A DNA stretch of 64,000 bases from an uncultured Hyphomicrobiaceae bacterium. GTDB taxonomy: Bacteria; Pseudomonadota; Alphaproteobacteria; Rhizobiales; CALHAX01. Below, in pieces: positions 19,333 to 29,168 of the stretch. The stretch lies in assembly GCA_937931785.1 (NCBI GenBank), contig CALHAX010000069.1:53837-117836 (forward strand). Reading direction: 5' to 3'. A program made the position numbers and the translations under genes. The notes under the pieces were generated by a model. That model saw only the letters and a list, made by a program, of their open reading frames with translations, was not told the DNA's origin and made no database searches. Every line of letters starts with the position of its first letter. Positions within the stretch are counted from its first letter, which is position 1.

Positions 19333-19443
19333 CTTACCCGGCCCTTGGCGCCGTTCTTACCTCCCCCAACGCCTATCGCGCTATGTCCAACATGGCGCTC
19401 AACTTGCATCGCCATGACAACACAAATTTCATGGTTTGCAGAC

Positions 19444-19680
19444 ATGACTGATCACGACCCAGATGACCGCTCGTCGAGCGATGATGCGACGCGTATGAGC
19501 CAGAAGGACCTGACGACAATGGCAATCCTGCTTGAGAGTCGACATGGGATTCACGCAAAAGGGATGGCAGAATTCTTTGCATCCGTTCATGCGAAACTGG
19601 GCGATGCAGAACGTTGCGATGCCTGGGATGACGTCGCGAACATCGTCAAGAAACGCGAACAGGTCCGACTGGCCGCCTGA
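19444..19680 (+). CDS. Small hypothetical protein
   Basis: Helical core LESRHG..AEFFA..GDAERC.AW..VA; ends in RLAA; start uncertain. Confidence 0.6.
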   Translation: MTDHDPDDRSSSDDATRMSQKDLTTMAILLESRHGIHAKGMAEFFASVHAKLGDAERCDAWDDVANIVKKREQVRLAA

Positions 19681-19749
19681 CGGGCCGCAAATCACTTTCC
19701 CGTTGCGTCTGATACGGCGCGACAAAACCGGCACTGTTATTCGAACCTT

Positions 19750-21171
19750 ATGACCAGCTCTGACGAAACTGCGCCCCCCGCGCCCCCACACGGCAGTGAC
19801 TTGTCGTCAATGGACAAGGTGCGCGAGAAGGTTGCCGGCGTCATTGCTGCTGTTCGTAGCGACTCGGATCGCGGTCAGACGCAACGTGCGGCCCTCACGG
19901 TGTTCTTCATCCGTGTTTTCAGTGCAGCAATCGCTTTCGCGTCGCAAGTCGTGCTGGCGCGATGGATGGGCAGCTTTGAATACGGCGTTTTCGTTTTTGT
20001 CTGGGTTTGGGTGCTCATCCTCAGCGTGATTTCTTCGGCGGGACTCAATGTCTCGATGATGCGGTTCCTGCCGCAGTATACGGAACAGAAGTCATTCGAT
20101 CTGCTCCGCGGGCTACTCTTTCGTGGCCGATTGATCATATTCTCTTTCGCGGCACTGTTTTCTGCGCTTGCCCTGGCGGTCTTGTACGTTTGGCCCGACC
20201 TTGTGCGCGACTACTATCTTCTACCAGCCTACATCGTCTTCTTCTGTGTTCCCGTGATCGTGCTGACTGATGCGCAGGATTGTATCGGTCGGGCCTACTC
20301 CTGGATGCACGTTGCGCTTGTTCCACCTTATATCCTGCGCCCACTTCTGGTTCTTGTGTCGATGGGTAGCGCCGCTGCTCTTGGATTTCCGATGGTGGCG
20401 ACGACAGCGGCTGGGTGCGCAGTTATCGCAGCATTCCTCACCTACGCGACGCAAACCATTTTTCTGCAGCGCCGCCTTGCCGCAACGGTGCCTGCCGGGC
20501 CACGCGCCTATGACACGCGCTTCTGGATGCTGACTGCACTGCCGATCCTGTTCGTCGAAGGCATCGATCTGCTGCTTTACAATACCGACGTCCTGTTGAT
20601 CTCGCACTACATGACGCCAAGCGACGCAGGCATTTACTTTGCTTCGCTCAAAACCATCGGCCTTGTGAGCTTTGTGCATTACGCGGTGGGCTCCAGCATT
20701 GCGAACCGGATTTCATCACTCAAGGCGCGGGGTGACACGGCAGGTCTTGAGATTTTCGTACGCGATGCGGCGGCGTGGACATTCTGGCCATCCCTGCTTG
20801 CCATCACGGGGCTGTTGATCGTTGGCAAGCCGCTGCTTTGGCTGTTCGGATCCGAGTTCACCAGTGGATACAGCGTGATGGCGATCCTTGCCGTCGGAAT
20901 TCTTCTCCGGGCTGCCGTCGGGCCAGCCGAATTTGTCATGAACATGATGGGGGAACAGAAGACGTGCGCGACCGTGCTGTTCTTCAGTGTGATCGCAAAT
21001 GTTGCACTCAACGTTTTGCTGATCCCACTTTACGGTCTGGTCGGGGCAGCAATTGCGACCTCGCTTTCGCGGGTCATGGCTTCAGTGTTGTTCTATCTGT
21101 CGGCGAAGCGGCGCCTTGGACTGGACATCTCGATCTTGTCGTCGTTACGGCGTACGATCCCGTCCGCATAA
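19750..21171 (+). CDS. Polysaccharide biosynthesis flippase (Wzx/MOP superfamily)
   Basis: 12-14 TM helices; LARWMG..EYG, D.LLI..AGIY and LNVLLIP.YG..GAAIA motifs. Confidence 0.88.
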   Translation: MTSSDETAPPAPPHGSDLSSMDKVREKVAGVIAAVRSDSDRGQTQRAALTVFFIRVFSAAIAFASQVVLARWMGSFEYGVFVFVWVWVLILSVISSAGLNVSMMRFLPQYTEQKSFDLLRGLLFRGRLIIFSFAALFSALALAVLYVWPDLVRDYYLLPAYIVFFCVPVIVLTDAQDCIGRAYSWMHVALVPPYILRPLLVLVSMGSAAALGFPMVATTAAGCAVIAAFLTYATQTIFLQRRLAATVPAGPRAYDTRFWMLTALPILFVEGIDLLLYNTDVLLISHYMTPSDAGIYFASLKTIGLVSFVHYAVGSSIANRISSLKARGDTAGLEIFVRDAAAWTFWPSLLAITGLLIVGKPLLWLFGSEFTSGYSVMAILAVGILLRAAVGPAEFVMNMMGEQKTCATVLFFSVIANVALNVLLIPLYGLVGAAIATSLSRVMASVLFYLSAKRRLGLDISILSSLRRTIPSA

Positions 21172-21179
21172 GCCACCCG

Positions 21180-21791
21180 CTAGATTTTCGAACCGAGAAC
21201 CAGTGTCCAGAATGTTTTGAATTCGGTCTTGGGATCGTGAACCAACGCGATACCCATTTCTTCAGCATCAGCGAGAAGCAAATTCTTGTTGTGTCCCGGA
21301 CTTTCCTGCCAACCCTTGAAAACCTCTTCGATCGTGATCTGGCCCGTGCCGACATTCTCGGCGGTCAAGCGTGCCGGGTAACCCGTGCGGCCGACACGCT
21401 TCCACGGGTTCGATCCGTCAGAACCATGATGCGAGATGCGATCCCATTTGGCCAAATCTCTCGAATGGGCCTTTGCGGCAAGTGTCAGCTTTGAGTTCAG
21501 ACGCAGCGGTTTGAGACCCTTTTTGGCGCGATAACTGTTGATCAACTTGCGCGCACGTTCGACGTCGAGTTGCGTGCCTGCATAATCGCGATGGTCAAAT
21601 GCGCCTTTCGGAACGCGTTCCCAGGTGCCTTTCGGAGCAGAGTCGATTCCGTCGACCGCGTCTGTATCAATGGATGCGGTGGAATTTGCGTAACCCAGCG
21701 ACGGCAGGCCTCCGCCCGTGCTGCAGGCAGACAAACCAATCACAAGCCCGACCGCAAGGCCGCCACGAACACCATTCCAGACGCGCGTCAT
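21180..21791 (-). CDS. CAP (SCP-like) domain lipoprotein
   Basis: Lipobox LSAC; INSYR, HSRDLA, AENVG and WQESPGHNKNLL motifs. Confidence 0.9.
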   Translation of the reverse strand: MTRVWNGVRGGLAVGLVIGLSACSTGGGLPSLGYANSTASIDTDAVDGIDSAPKGTWERVPKGAFDHRDYAGTQLDVERARKLINSYRAKKGLKPLRLNSKLTLAAKAHSRDLAKWDRISHHGSDGSNPWKRVGRTGYPARLTAENVGTGQITIEEVFKGWQESPGHNKNLLLADAEEMGIALVHDPKTEFKTFWTLVLGSKI

Positions 21792-22241
21792 CAACAAACT
21801 CCAATACATGCAGCCATTCATTGCCACGGCCCACTTTTCTCATATTCACGTTAAGGGATGGTTTCATCGCGTTCATAATAGGCTGCAACGCGTTTGAAAG
21901 AGCCTCATCAGCGCTATTCAAGACCCGACATTCCGCCTCCCTACAAGTCAATATTCATAGAAAAAACATGTCGTTAATGCGGCGCTTCAAGTTTCCGTCC
22001 AGCTGCGACTGCCATCATGATTCACGTCCATCGAGATTGCAGCCATCCCAGCTCGGAACTCCGCTGTATTGCTCTCACACTAGGTGGACGCCTAGTGCGT
22101 TGTTGTGATGTTTCGGCGTTAAACTTACTCAGTTCAGGGACTATTGTGAATTGCCGTCGAGAGCATGAAACGTTTGTTCATGCGCCTATCGGGAGAATAG
22201 GCACGCGACAGCACACCGTTTGTTTGGAGGCGTACCCAAAA

Positions 22242-22508
22242 ATGTCACGAGTCTTGGGGGATCATGACGGTGAGGCACCGTTGGATGTACCGAGCATTAT
22301 GAAAATGCTCATGGTGGTTTATAACAATGTCCGCGACGATCAGGTGATGGACGAGGTGGCTGAAGCCGTAGCTGACGCGATCTGCATGCTTGGAGACATG
22401 CGGACGCTCGCTCAGCAGATCGCCACAGAAAATGCTCAGTCTGATCCAGAAATCATGGCCGATTTTGCGGCGCTCAAGGTACCATCTGACACGTACAAGC
22501 TCTGTTGA
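22242..22508 (+). CDS. Small acidic hypothetical protein
   Basis: TTGGAGG RBS before ATG 22242; amphipathic helical sequence. Confidence 0.55.
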   Translation: MSRVLGDHDGEAPLDVPSIMKMLMVVYNNVRDDQVMDEVAEAVADAICMLGDMRTLAQQIATENAQSDPEIMADFAALKVPSDTYKLC

Positions 22509-22777
22509 ACGCCGTACACCAGACCATGCCAACCTCGGGGATCCGCCTGCAGATTGACTCTGCTTGCCTGCTACGGCGGCACCCCACTCGTTTTCTCGCA
22601 ACACCCTGATTAAGGAATGCGTGGCCGCAGGGGATAGGTGCCCTCAATTGTCGACCGAGGCTTGGCGTGCGCCTTGAGATCCATCACACTATCCGTCAAT
22701 GGCTGACTGATTCGTTCAGCTGAAGAAGATCAATCCTGTCCTTGCGTCTTGACCTTCGCCTGACGGAGTTTCGAGCG

Positions 22778-23881
22778 ATGGGCAGCGACGCCCCGGACTT
22801 GCAAGCACACGATCTGTTTCTTCTGGCGACTCATTTCGCCGGACCAGATGGTTGTACGCTTACGACACTTGACAAGATGATAGTGCGGCTCACTGGTATC
22901 ACGCGAACCGTGTCGCAAAATGGCGGTCGGCTAACACGTCGAGATGCTCTTGCCGAATGGCAGCTCGCATCACTCTCCGAAGAGCTGCTTTCCACGCATG
23001 ACAGCATCACCAGTGCGGCCACTTCGGAACCCTCGCTACACGTCACGTCGCGTGGACTCCTAAAACTCAGTGAGCAGTTCGGTGACATTTTCCTGCAACG
23101 CTCCTGGTCGAACTTTGGCGATCGCTATCTGGTCGCGCGCACGCTTGGAATGCCGCCATCGGCCGGGCCACAACGGATGAAGCGCCTGGATACTGCGGAA
23201 GGTTTGCGACTCGCGGTCGTGCGACGGGCATGGGGCCTTCGCATCCCGGAAAGCGCCACCCTCGGCCAGGTCCGTAATGCGCTCGCCGCGCGCGCGCTTG
23301 GCGACGCGTTTGGTAAGCCGGTCGAACGACAAATTGGTCTTGACCATCGCATGTCCGGCAAGGCCGCCCGTACAATTGCCGCTCAACTTCTTGAGAAGAA
23401 ACGTCGCATTTCAACGGACTCGCAACTCATCATTGCACTTGCGACGCAACACCTTGGCACCACGTCGGGCGATGCCAAAAGCCTGCGCCAGGCCCTCGTG
23501 CGCAAGCACTTCGGTCTCAACAAAAAACAATCCAGAGTCGATCCTGCCACACTTGACGAAACGGAAGCTCCGTCCGGGCAGGCCATTGATACAAACGCAT
23601 TCCTCAGAGCTGTCAGAAGTTCGGCAAAACTGAATGCCAACGGGTGGTCAGGAAATCGCAAGGCGTATATTTCGCATGTCTGGCGAACGATTTGCGATTC
23701 GCATCCGGACTGGCGGCTGAGTGCCGACATGTTCAAATCGATGCTGATGGATGCACACCGGTTGGGGGAAGTTGTGCTCATCAATGCCGACCTGAGAGAC
23801 AAAAAAAACATGCGCGACGTTCAGGACTCAGCCATCCAATACAAGAATATGGAATGGCACTACGTGCAGATTGCCGACTAA
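22778..23881 (+). CDS. Hypothetical basic protein with a possible C-terminal winged-helix-like domain; likely partner of the downstream double ATPase
   Basis: 367-aa Arg/Lys-rich ORF with C-terminal block GW.GNRKAYISHVW..FKSML..AHR.G...L..ADL; 62 bp before the next gene. Confidence 0.8.
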   Translation: MGSDAPDLQAHDLFLLATHFAGPDGCTLTTLDKMIVRLTGITRTVSQNGGRLTRRDALAEWQLASLSEELLSTHDSITSAATSEPSLHVTSRGLLKLSEQFGDIFLQRSWSNFGDRYLVARTLGMPPSAGPQRMKRLDTAEGLRLAVVRRAWGLRIPESATLGQVRNALAARALGDAFGKPVERQIGLDHRMSGKAARTIAAQLLEKKRRISTDSQLIIALATQHLGTTSGDAKSLRQALVRKHFGLNKKQSRVDPATLDETEAPSGQAIDTNAFLRAVRSSAKLNANGWSGNRKAYISHVWRTICDSHPDWRLSADMFKSMLMDAHRLGEVVLINADLRDKKNMRDVQDSAIQYKNMEWHYVQIAD

Positions 23882-23943
23882 CGAACACTGCGGCTGCAAT
23901 TGTGGCGCACCTGGAATGAAACGCGAGAACAGATTGAGGGGCA

Positions 23944-26900
23944 ATGCCGCTTCAGGCTGACCAAAACGGACTGCCGGTGTCACTGGATGCCGGGCGTGTC
24001 ACCGCCGTGCTCGAGCAATCGATCACGTGGGAAGATGACGTCTGGAAATCTGATCCGTTCGATGTCGACCAGGTTCACCGTGTCGCGCGGCAGAAGTTCG
24101 CAACCCTGCTCGGGGAAGTTGCGGGCGGGCGACAGGTTTCTGCGCGCATTCTCTTGTTTCATGGACAGTCCGGAGCCGGCAAGACGCACTTGATTCGTGC
24201 ATTGCGTTCCTCGACCCATCGCACGGGTGTCGGCTATTTCGGATATGCACAACTGACGCCCGATGTTTCGAACTATGCGGACTACTATCTGCGGCGGTTG
24301 ATCAACTCGCTTGAGAAACCCTACGATCCTTGCGAACCTGAACAAAGTGGCTTGCATCGTCTTTCCCATATGCTGGTTGCAGACGATGTTCTGGTTGATC
24401 AGGCTGCGCTTGAAAGCCTGCGCGAAGATGAGCTTGGAAGCGCGGCACTGGCGCGTCTCGTCATGGAGATTGCTGATCATGTCGTCGCCGCACCGCAGTT
24501 CATGGATTCGGATCTCGACATCAACATCGTCCGGGCACTGCTCTACCTGCAGCGCTCAGACCCGCGTGTTGACCAACGCGTCCGACAATATTTCTACGGA
24601 AGGCAACTGAACGACCTCAGCCTTGAAACGGTTGCAGCTCTTGACCCGAATGAGGGTGAAGATCGCGCCTTCGAGATTATTGAGTCGCTTGGCAAGCTGA
24701 TGCACGCTGCGGGACATGCCTCGCTCGTGTTCTGTATCGACCAGGTTGAGGATCTACGGTTTTATGACGATGCGGAAGATCGCTTCCAGAAAGCGATCCG
24801 TGATCTGATACAGATCGCAAACCGTGTGCCGTCGTCTATCGTCGTGATCTCCATTCTTGGCGACTTCTACGATGGTGTACGCAGCTACCTGCCACAGTCG
24901 TTCATTGACCGGATCGAAAAGGCTGGACCGGCGCTTTTGCGTGACGCACGCCACTCTGACGAAGCTCGGATGATCATCGGCAAGCGTCTGCAACATGCCG
25001 CAGGACTTGAAGATGACAACCCTGATGCGCTTGCTGACAAGGTTTTTGGCGCACCATTTTTCAATGAAATTTCTGGTTTATCGACCCGCAAGGTGCTTGA
25101 AGCGGCGCAGCAACGATGGTGTGAGATACAAGGCAATGCGCCACGTCTGGCCGGAGAATATTCATTCGGTGCAAAAGCTGAAGCGGATGCGGCAGAAGCT
25201 CTTCGCACATCAAGTGCACAGTCCGTCAACGCTACAGATGATACGAATGTCGTTTCGCTGCCTCGAGCAAACGATGTGCGCTCCAGCGTCGATACAGATC
25301 TTGATCCACATGCGCCGAGTGGTGATCTTGGCGACCTGTGGGATCGCCTGTCCCTCAACTATCATGCTGAAATTCCAGACGAAGAAGACGACCTGACCAA
25401 CGTTCTACTGTCTGCATTCAAGCTTGCGGAAGACGAGGCCGGCGGTGTGATTGATGTCAACGTGCAGAACCTCGGTGATCTTGAAGGCGTTTCGGCCATT
25501 GATCTTTCGGTTACGCATGAGGGTGGCCAGACCGTTCAAAATCGCATTTTCCTCTGTAACAAGGGCAGCCAGGGCGGCGCTCTGAAACGCCAGATCGAGC
25601 GTGTACTGCAACTTTCAGAAGGACACGCCCCTATTATCGTGCGCACCAGTGATTTTCCTCCAAACGGGAAGAACGCCACATCGCAACTGGTCCGCCGCTA
25701 TCAGATGACGGGTGGGCGCAAGATCGTTGTGCCGTCTTATGAGTGGGACCGGATGATGACGCTGATCGCGTTTCATTCCCAGCAGCAACGTCACCCTGAA
25801 TTCTCTTCCTGGTTGCGGGCAACGGGCATGCTCGCCGATCTCCCGTCCATCAAACAGCTGCTCAGTCTTGACCTGACGGAACGAAAGCCGACGCCTGATA
25901 CTGCTGTCGATGCGCCAGCACAGGACGTTACGGCAGAACCAACAGGACCACAGATCGCTGGCGAGGTTCTCGTGCCCGTTGATTGGGCTGGAGATTATGT
26001 CGAAGACGAACACTACGCGAGAGTTCCGGTTGATGCGGATGGCCAACCCATCCCTGCAGACATGCTGCCGATCGGGGAGCAGGTTGAAGATATACCGTTT
26101 GATGACACGGCGCCCGATTGGGAGACGACCGAGGACGAGGCTCCACCCAGTCTTCCAGTCAACCCCCATGATATCGACCCTGATGCACTTCCGGATCCCT
26201 ACATTGATGATGAAGAACGGTTTCAGATCGGGTGTCAACTCGACAATGCGGCCACGCCGATCGCGCTATCAAAGAGCATTTTCCGTCGCCATGCCGCAAT
26301 GCTGGGCGGGTCCGGATCAGGTAAAACGACGCTCGCAATCTCGGTCATCGAGCAATTGTTGCTTCGTGGTGTCCCCGCCATCCTGATCGACCGGAAAGGC
26401 GACCTTTGCAGCTATGCAAACCCTGACGTCTGGCGCCCTGTGGAGGGCGAGTCTGCAGAGCGACGCGGACTGCGAGAGGAACTTGGCTCGTCAATCGATG
26501 TCGCCGTCTATACGCCGGGCCGCACGTCCGGCCGACCGATTGGAATTACACTGCTGCCGACGGGCATTGCAGAACTGCCAGAGCATGAGCAGCAACAGCT
26601 TGCGAACGTTTCCGCAGCTGCACTCGGCGATATGCTCCACCTCAAGAAGTCAGCGACCCATCAACGCCAGGGTGGAGTTCTTGCCGTTGCGCTGAAGCTG
26701 CTCGGGTCTCAAAGCCTGAGCGCTGTGACGCTGGCCGACCTGATTTACATGCTGGAGAATGATGATGCCGAGCTGATCGAGCTCACGCAACGCATGGATC
26801 CCAGCGGAAAATTGCGTCGTGATCTGATCGGGCAACTGGACTCGTTGCGCCATCGAAACTGGGCGTTGTTCGAGGGCGGTGGCGAGCAATTGCGTATGGA

Positions 26901-27498
26901 GTCCCTGCTCGGGCTTGGCAAATATGCGCGACCGGGTCGTACACGACTCTCCGTGGTCTATACGGGCTTCCTCGGGGATAATGAAAATATCCTCTTCTGG
27001 GTGTCACAGTTCCTGACCGAAGCTTTGCGCTTCAGTCAACGCAATCCGAATGAAGAACTGCAAGCCGTCATCATGTTCGACGAAGCGGATCTTTATATTC
27101 CCGCGAATGCAAAACCGGCAACGTCGGAACCGTTGCAAAGCTTGCTGAAGCGCGCTCGTTCTGCCGGGATTGGCATGTTGCTCGCCACGCAAAGTCCGGG
27201 CGATCTGGACTATAAATCGCGTGACCAGATCACTTCCTGGTTTATTGGTCGAGTGCGGGAAGATACTGCCTTGCGGAAACTGAAAGCGGCGTTCGGCACG
27301 GAAAGCGGACTTGATCCCGCACGCGTCCTGCCGAACCAGACCGTTGGCGAATTCCATCTGATCCAGGAAGCTGTTGTGCATCCGATCAAGGCCAAGCGCT
27401 CGCTGATCAATGCCGAGCAGGTGCCGTTTGACAAGATTGAGCAACTGGCGCGGGAAACGCGTGGTCAGGAAGCCAAGCAGCTCAAGCTGGAACTCTGA
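23944..27498 (+). CDS. Double P-loop ATPase: N-terminal AAA+-like domain plus C-terminal HerA/FtsK-like (DUF87/DUF853) domain
   Basis: First domain: Walker A GQSGAGKT, Walker B LVFCIDQVE. Second domain: Walker A GGSGSGKT, IDRKGD, Walker B IMFDEAD, RARSAGIGMLLATQSP. Confidence 0.88.
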   Translation: MPLQADQNGLPVSLDAGRVTAVLEQSITWEDDVWKSDPFDVDQVHRVARQKFATLLGEVAGGRQVSARILLFHGQSGAGKTHLIRALRSSTHRTGVGYFGYAQLTPDVSNYADYYLRRLINSLEKPYDPCEPEQSGLHRLSHMLVADDVLVDQAALESLREDELGSAALARLVMEIADHVVAAPQFMDSDLDINIVRALLYLQRSDPRVDQRVRQYFYGRQLNDLSLETVAALDPNEGEDRAFEIIESLGKLMHAAGHASLVFCIDQVEDLRFYDDAEDRFQKAIRDLIQIANRVPSSIVVISILGDFYDGVRSYLPQSFIDRIEKAGPALLRDARHSDEARMIIGKRLQHAAGLEDDNPDALADKVFGAPFFNEISGLSTRKVLEAAQQRWCEIQGNAPRLAGEYSFGAKAEADAAEALRTSSAQSVNATDDTNVVSLPRANDVRSSVDTDLDPHAPSGDLGDLWDRLSLNYHAEIPDEEDDLTNVLLSAFKLAEDEAGGVIDVNVQNLGDLEGVSAIDLSVTHEGGQTVQNRIFLCNKGSQGGALKRQIERVLQLSEGHAPIIVRTSDFPPNGKNATSQLVRRYQMTGGRKIVVPSYEWDRMMTLIAFHSQQQRHPEFSSWLRATGMLADLPSIKQLLSLDLTERKPTPDTAVDAPAQDVTAEPTGPQIAGEVLVPVDWAGDYVEDEHYARVPVDADGQPIPADMLPIGEQVEDIPFDDTAPDWETTEDEAPPSLPVNPHDIDPDALPDPYIDDEERFQIGCQLDNAATPIALSKSIFRRHAAMLGGSGSGKTTLAISVIEQLLLRGVPAILIDRKGDLCSYANPDVWRPVEGESAERRGLREELGSSIDVAVYTPGRTSGRPIGITLLPTGIAELPEHEQQQLANVSAAALGDMLHLKKSATHQRQGGVLAVALKLLGSQSLSAVTLADLIYMLENDDAELIELTQRMDPSGKLRRDLIGQLDSLRHRNWALFEGGGEQLRMESLLGLGKYARPGRTRLSVVYTGFLGDNENILFWVSQFLTEALRFSQRNPNEELQAVIMFDEADLYIPANAKPATSEPLQSLLKRARSAGIGMLLATQSPGDLDYKSRDQITSWFIGRVREDTALRKLKAAFGTESGLDPARVLPNQTVGEFHLIQEAVVHPIKAKRSLINAEQVPFDKIEQLARETRGQEAKQLKLEL

Positions 27499-27556
27499 CT
27501 CAATACGACGTTATCGTCGTGTTCAGCGCCATGACTGCATTACAGACGAGAATCGC

Positions 27557-28696
27557 CTACTTCACAAAGTGACGGCCAGGGCGCGGCGGAGGTGGTGTGC
27601 CGACGATGAGCGTCGGATCGGGCGCACGCACATAGACGTCGTCGTCGTGTCGTGGTGGAGGTGGTGGCGTGTCATTTTCAGAAGAGGGCTGCGCCTGCTC
27701 CATGTACGGCGACACCCCGGACTGTATTGGATCGATGGCAGGTATCGCAAGGTCCAACGGGGTGTCGAGATCCACAAGATCCTGTTGTGGCTCGACTGGC
27801 TGCGGGGTTTCAATGAGTGCGGCTTCTTGCGCAGCGGCCTCTGCAGTTTGCCGCTGAACTTCTGCCGCCTGAATGCGTGTCAGCATTTCCGCCACAACAT
27901 TCACAATGCTCAGACCTGCATCACCCGGATATTTTGCGATATATGTCCGCATGCTCGGATCGAAGTCCGCAGCACGCTGCAAATACGCACGGCGTGGAAC
28001 AGACGTTTCAAAGCATCGGTTCTCCGGATCAGACACCAAATGCTGGTGCCAGTGATTTTCCGCTTGAATCCGCCCGTCCTTGAGATTGATCAAGGTACCG
28101 AGGAGTTCAGCAAAACCATGCGCTTCGCTTTCGTTCCTGAAGCGCTTCAGAATATCGAGTCCGCGCACAGAGAGATAGTCCGGTTTCACCGGCGGCAGGA
28201 AATAGTCCGCTTCACGCAGCCATGTTTCGGTCAGTACGGAAAGCCCGGGTGGGCAATCGATGAGGATGACGTCGAAGTAGCGTTTGGCATCGGCGAGAAA
28301 GTTACGAACAAGCGTGCGTAATTCTGCATGTTTGTGTTCACCGGAAATCATCCGCTCGAACAAAGACAGCTGCATGTGGCTCGGCATCAGATAGATAGAG
28401 CGCGCCTCTTCGACGTCGGACACACCGGTTGCGACGTGCGGTTTCCAGTCCACTGGCTCGTTATTCAGGATGGCGCGGGACAGGTAGTCGACCAGAGTCA
28501 GTTTCTGGCGCTCCATCTGTTCCCAGCGGCCCATCTCCATCAGCATGATGCTCATGCTGGTCTGGCTGTCGGAGTCGATGACGAGCACATTACGCCCGTG
28601 GTGTGCGGACAATGTTTCGGCCATAGCCATGACGATCGTCGATTTCCCGACTCCGCCCTTCGTGTTCATTACCGCAATCGAACGTCCCATACCCAC
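27557..28696 (-). CDS. ParA/Soj family ATPase with long Pro/acidic C-terminal tail
   Basis: KGGVGKST deviant Walker A, VLVIDSDSQ and ILIDCPPG motifs. Confidence 0.9.
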   Translation of the reverse strand: MGMGRSIAVMNTKGGVGKSTIVMAMAETLSAHHGRNVLVIDSDSQTSMSIMLMEMGRWEQMERQKLTLVDYLSRAILNNEPVDWKPHVATGVSDVEEARSIYLMPSHMQLSLFERMISGEHKHAELRTLVRNFLADAKRYFDVILIDCPPGLSVLTETWLREADYFLPPVKPDYLSVRGLDILKRFRNESEAHGFAELLGTLINLKDGRIQAENHWHQHLVSDPENRCFETSVPRRAYLQRAADFDPSMRTYIAKYPGDAGLSIVNVVAEMLTRIQAAEVQRQTAEAAAQEAALIETPQPVEPQQDLVDLDTPLDLAIPAIDPIQSGVSPYMEQAQPSSENDTPPPPPRHDDDVYVRAPDPTLIVGTPPPPRPGRHFVK

Positions 28697-28954
28697 TGCT
28701 ACCCCTCTACGGACTGATCCCAGTCAGCCGACAGTACACCGCCAGCGATGAAAGCGCCGATCATCAGAACATCCTTAACACCTAGCATGAATGGTTTTTC
28801 TATGTTCTTGCAGAATCAGCGCGCGCTCTACGAAATTTCGCTGCGTTCGCTGCGATTATCCACGTGATGTGCACATGTTTCCCGCAAGGCGTGCAAATCT
28901 CCTGGCGATATGATATCTATACTGCGCGGTAGTAGTACAGGGGTAGTAAGGGTC

Positions 28955-29047
28955 ATGACCAGATCATTGGCCACAGCGTTGGTCCTTTCATTCGGAGCAC
29001 CGTTGCTTGGAGCTGGATTTTACGTCTTGTTGACAATCGTCAAGTAG
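28955..29047 (+). CDS. Possible 30-aa hydrophobic small protein
   Basis: MTRSLATALVLSFGAPLLGAGFYVLLTIVK; purine-rich upstream sequence; lies in an otherwise empty intergenic gap. Confidence 0.35.
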   Translation: MTRSLATALVLSFGAPLLGAGFYVLLTIVK

Positions 29048-29168
29048 GAACGGCCAGCATTATTTGTCGAAAACAGGGAACCGCTTTGGAGCGACGTGCT
29101 TCATTGTGTCTGTACCTACGAGCACGTTGTGCTGGACAATACCGCGTAAATTTACCTAGCGTTCCATC

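Noticed and set aside
21830..22240. Several TTAA half-sites between the CAP gene and the small acidic ORF
   Set aside because: Each has two or more mismatches to a full CtrA box, which is too weak to call.
27410..28321. Long antisense ORFs (for example 27410-28321, 59031-59876, 11459-12244, 18-536)
   Set aside because: They are shadow frames opposite well-supported genes in GC-rich DNA and contain no motifs.
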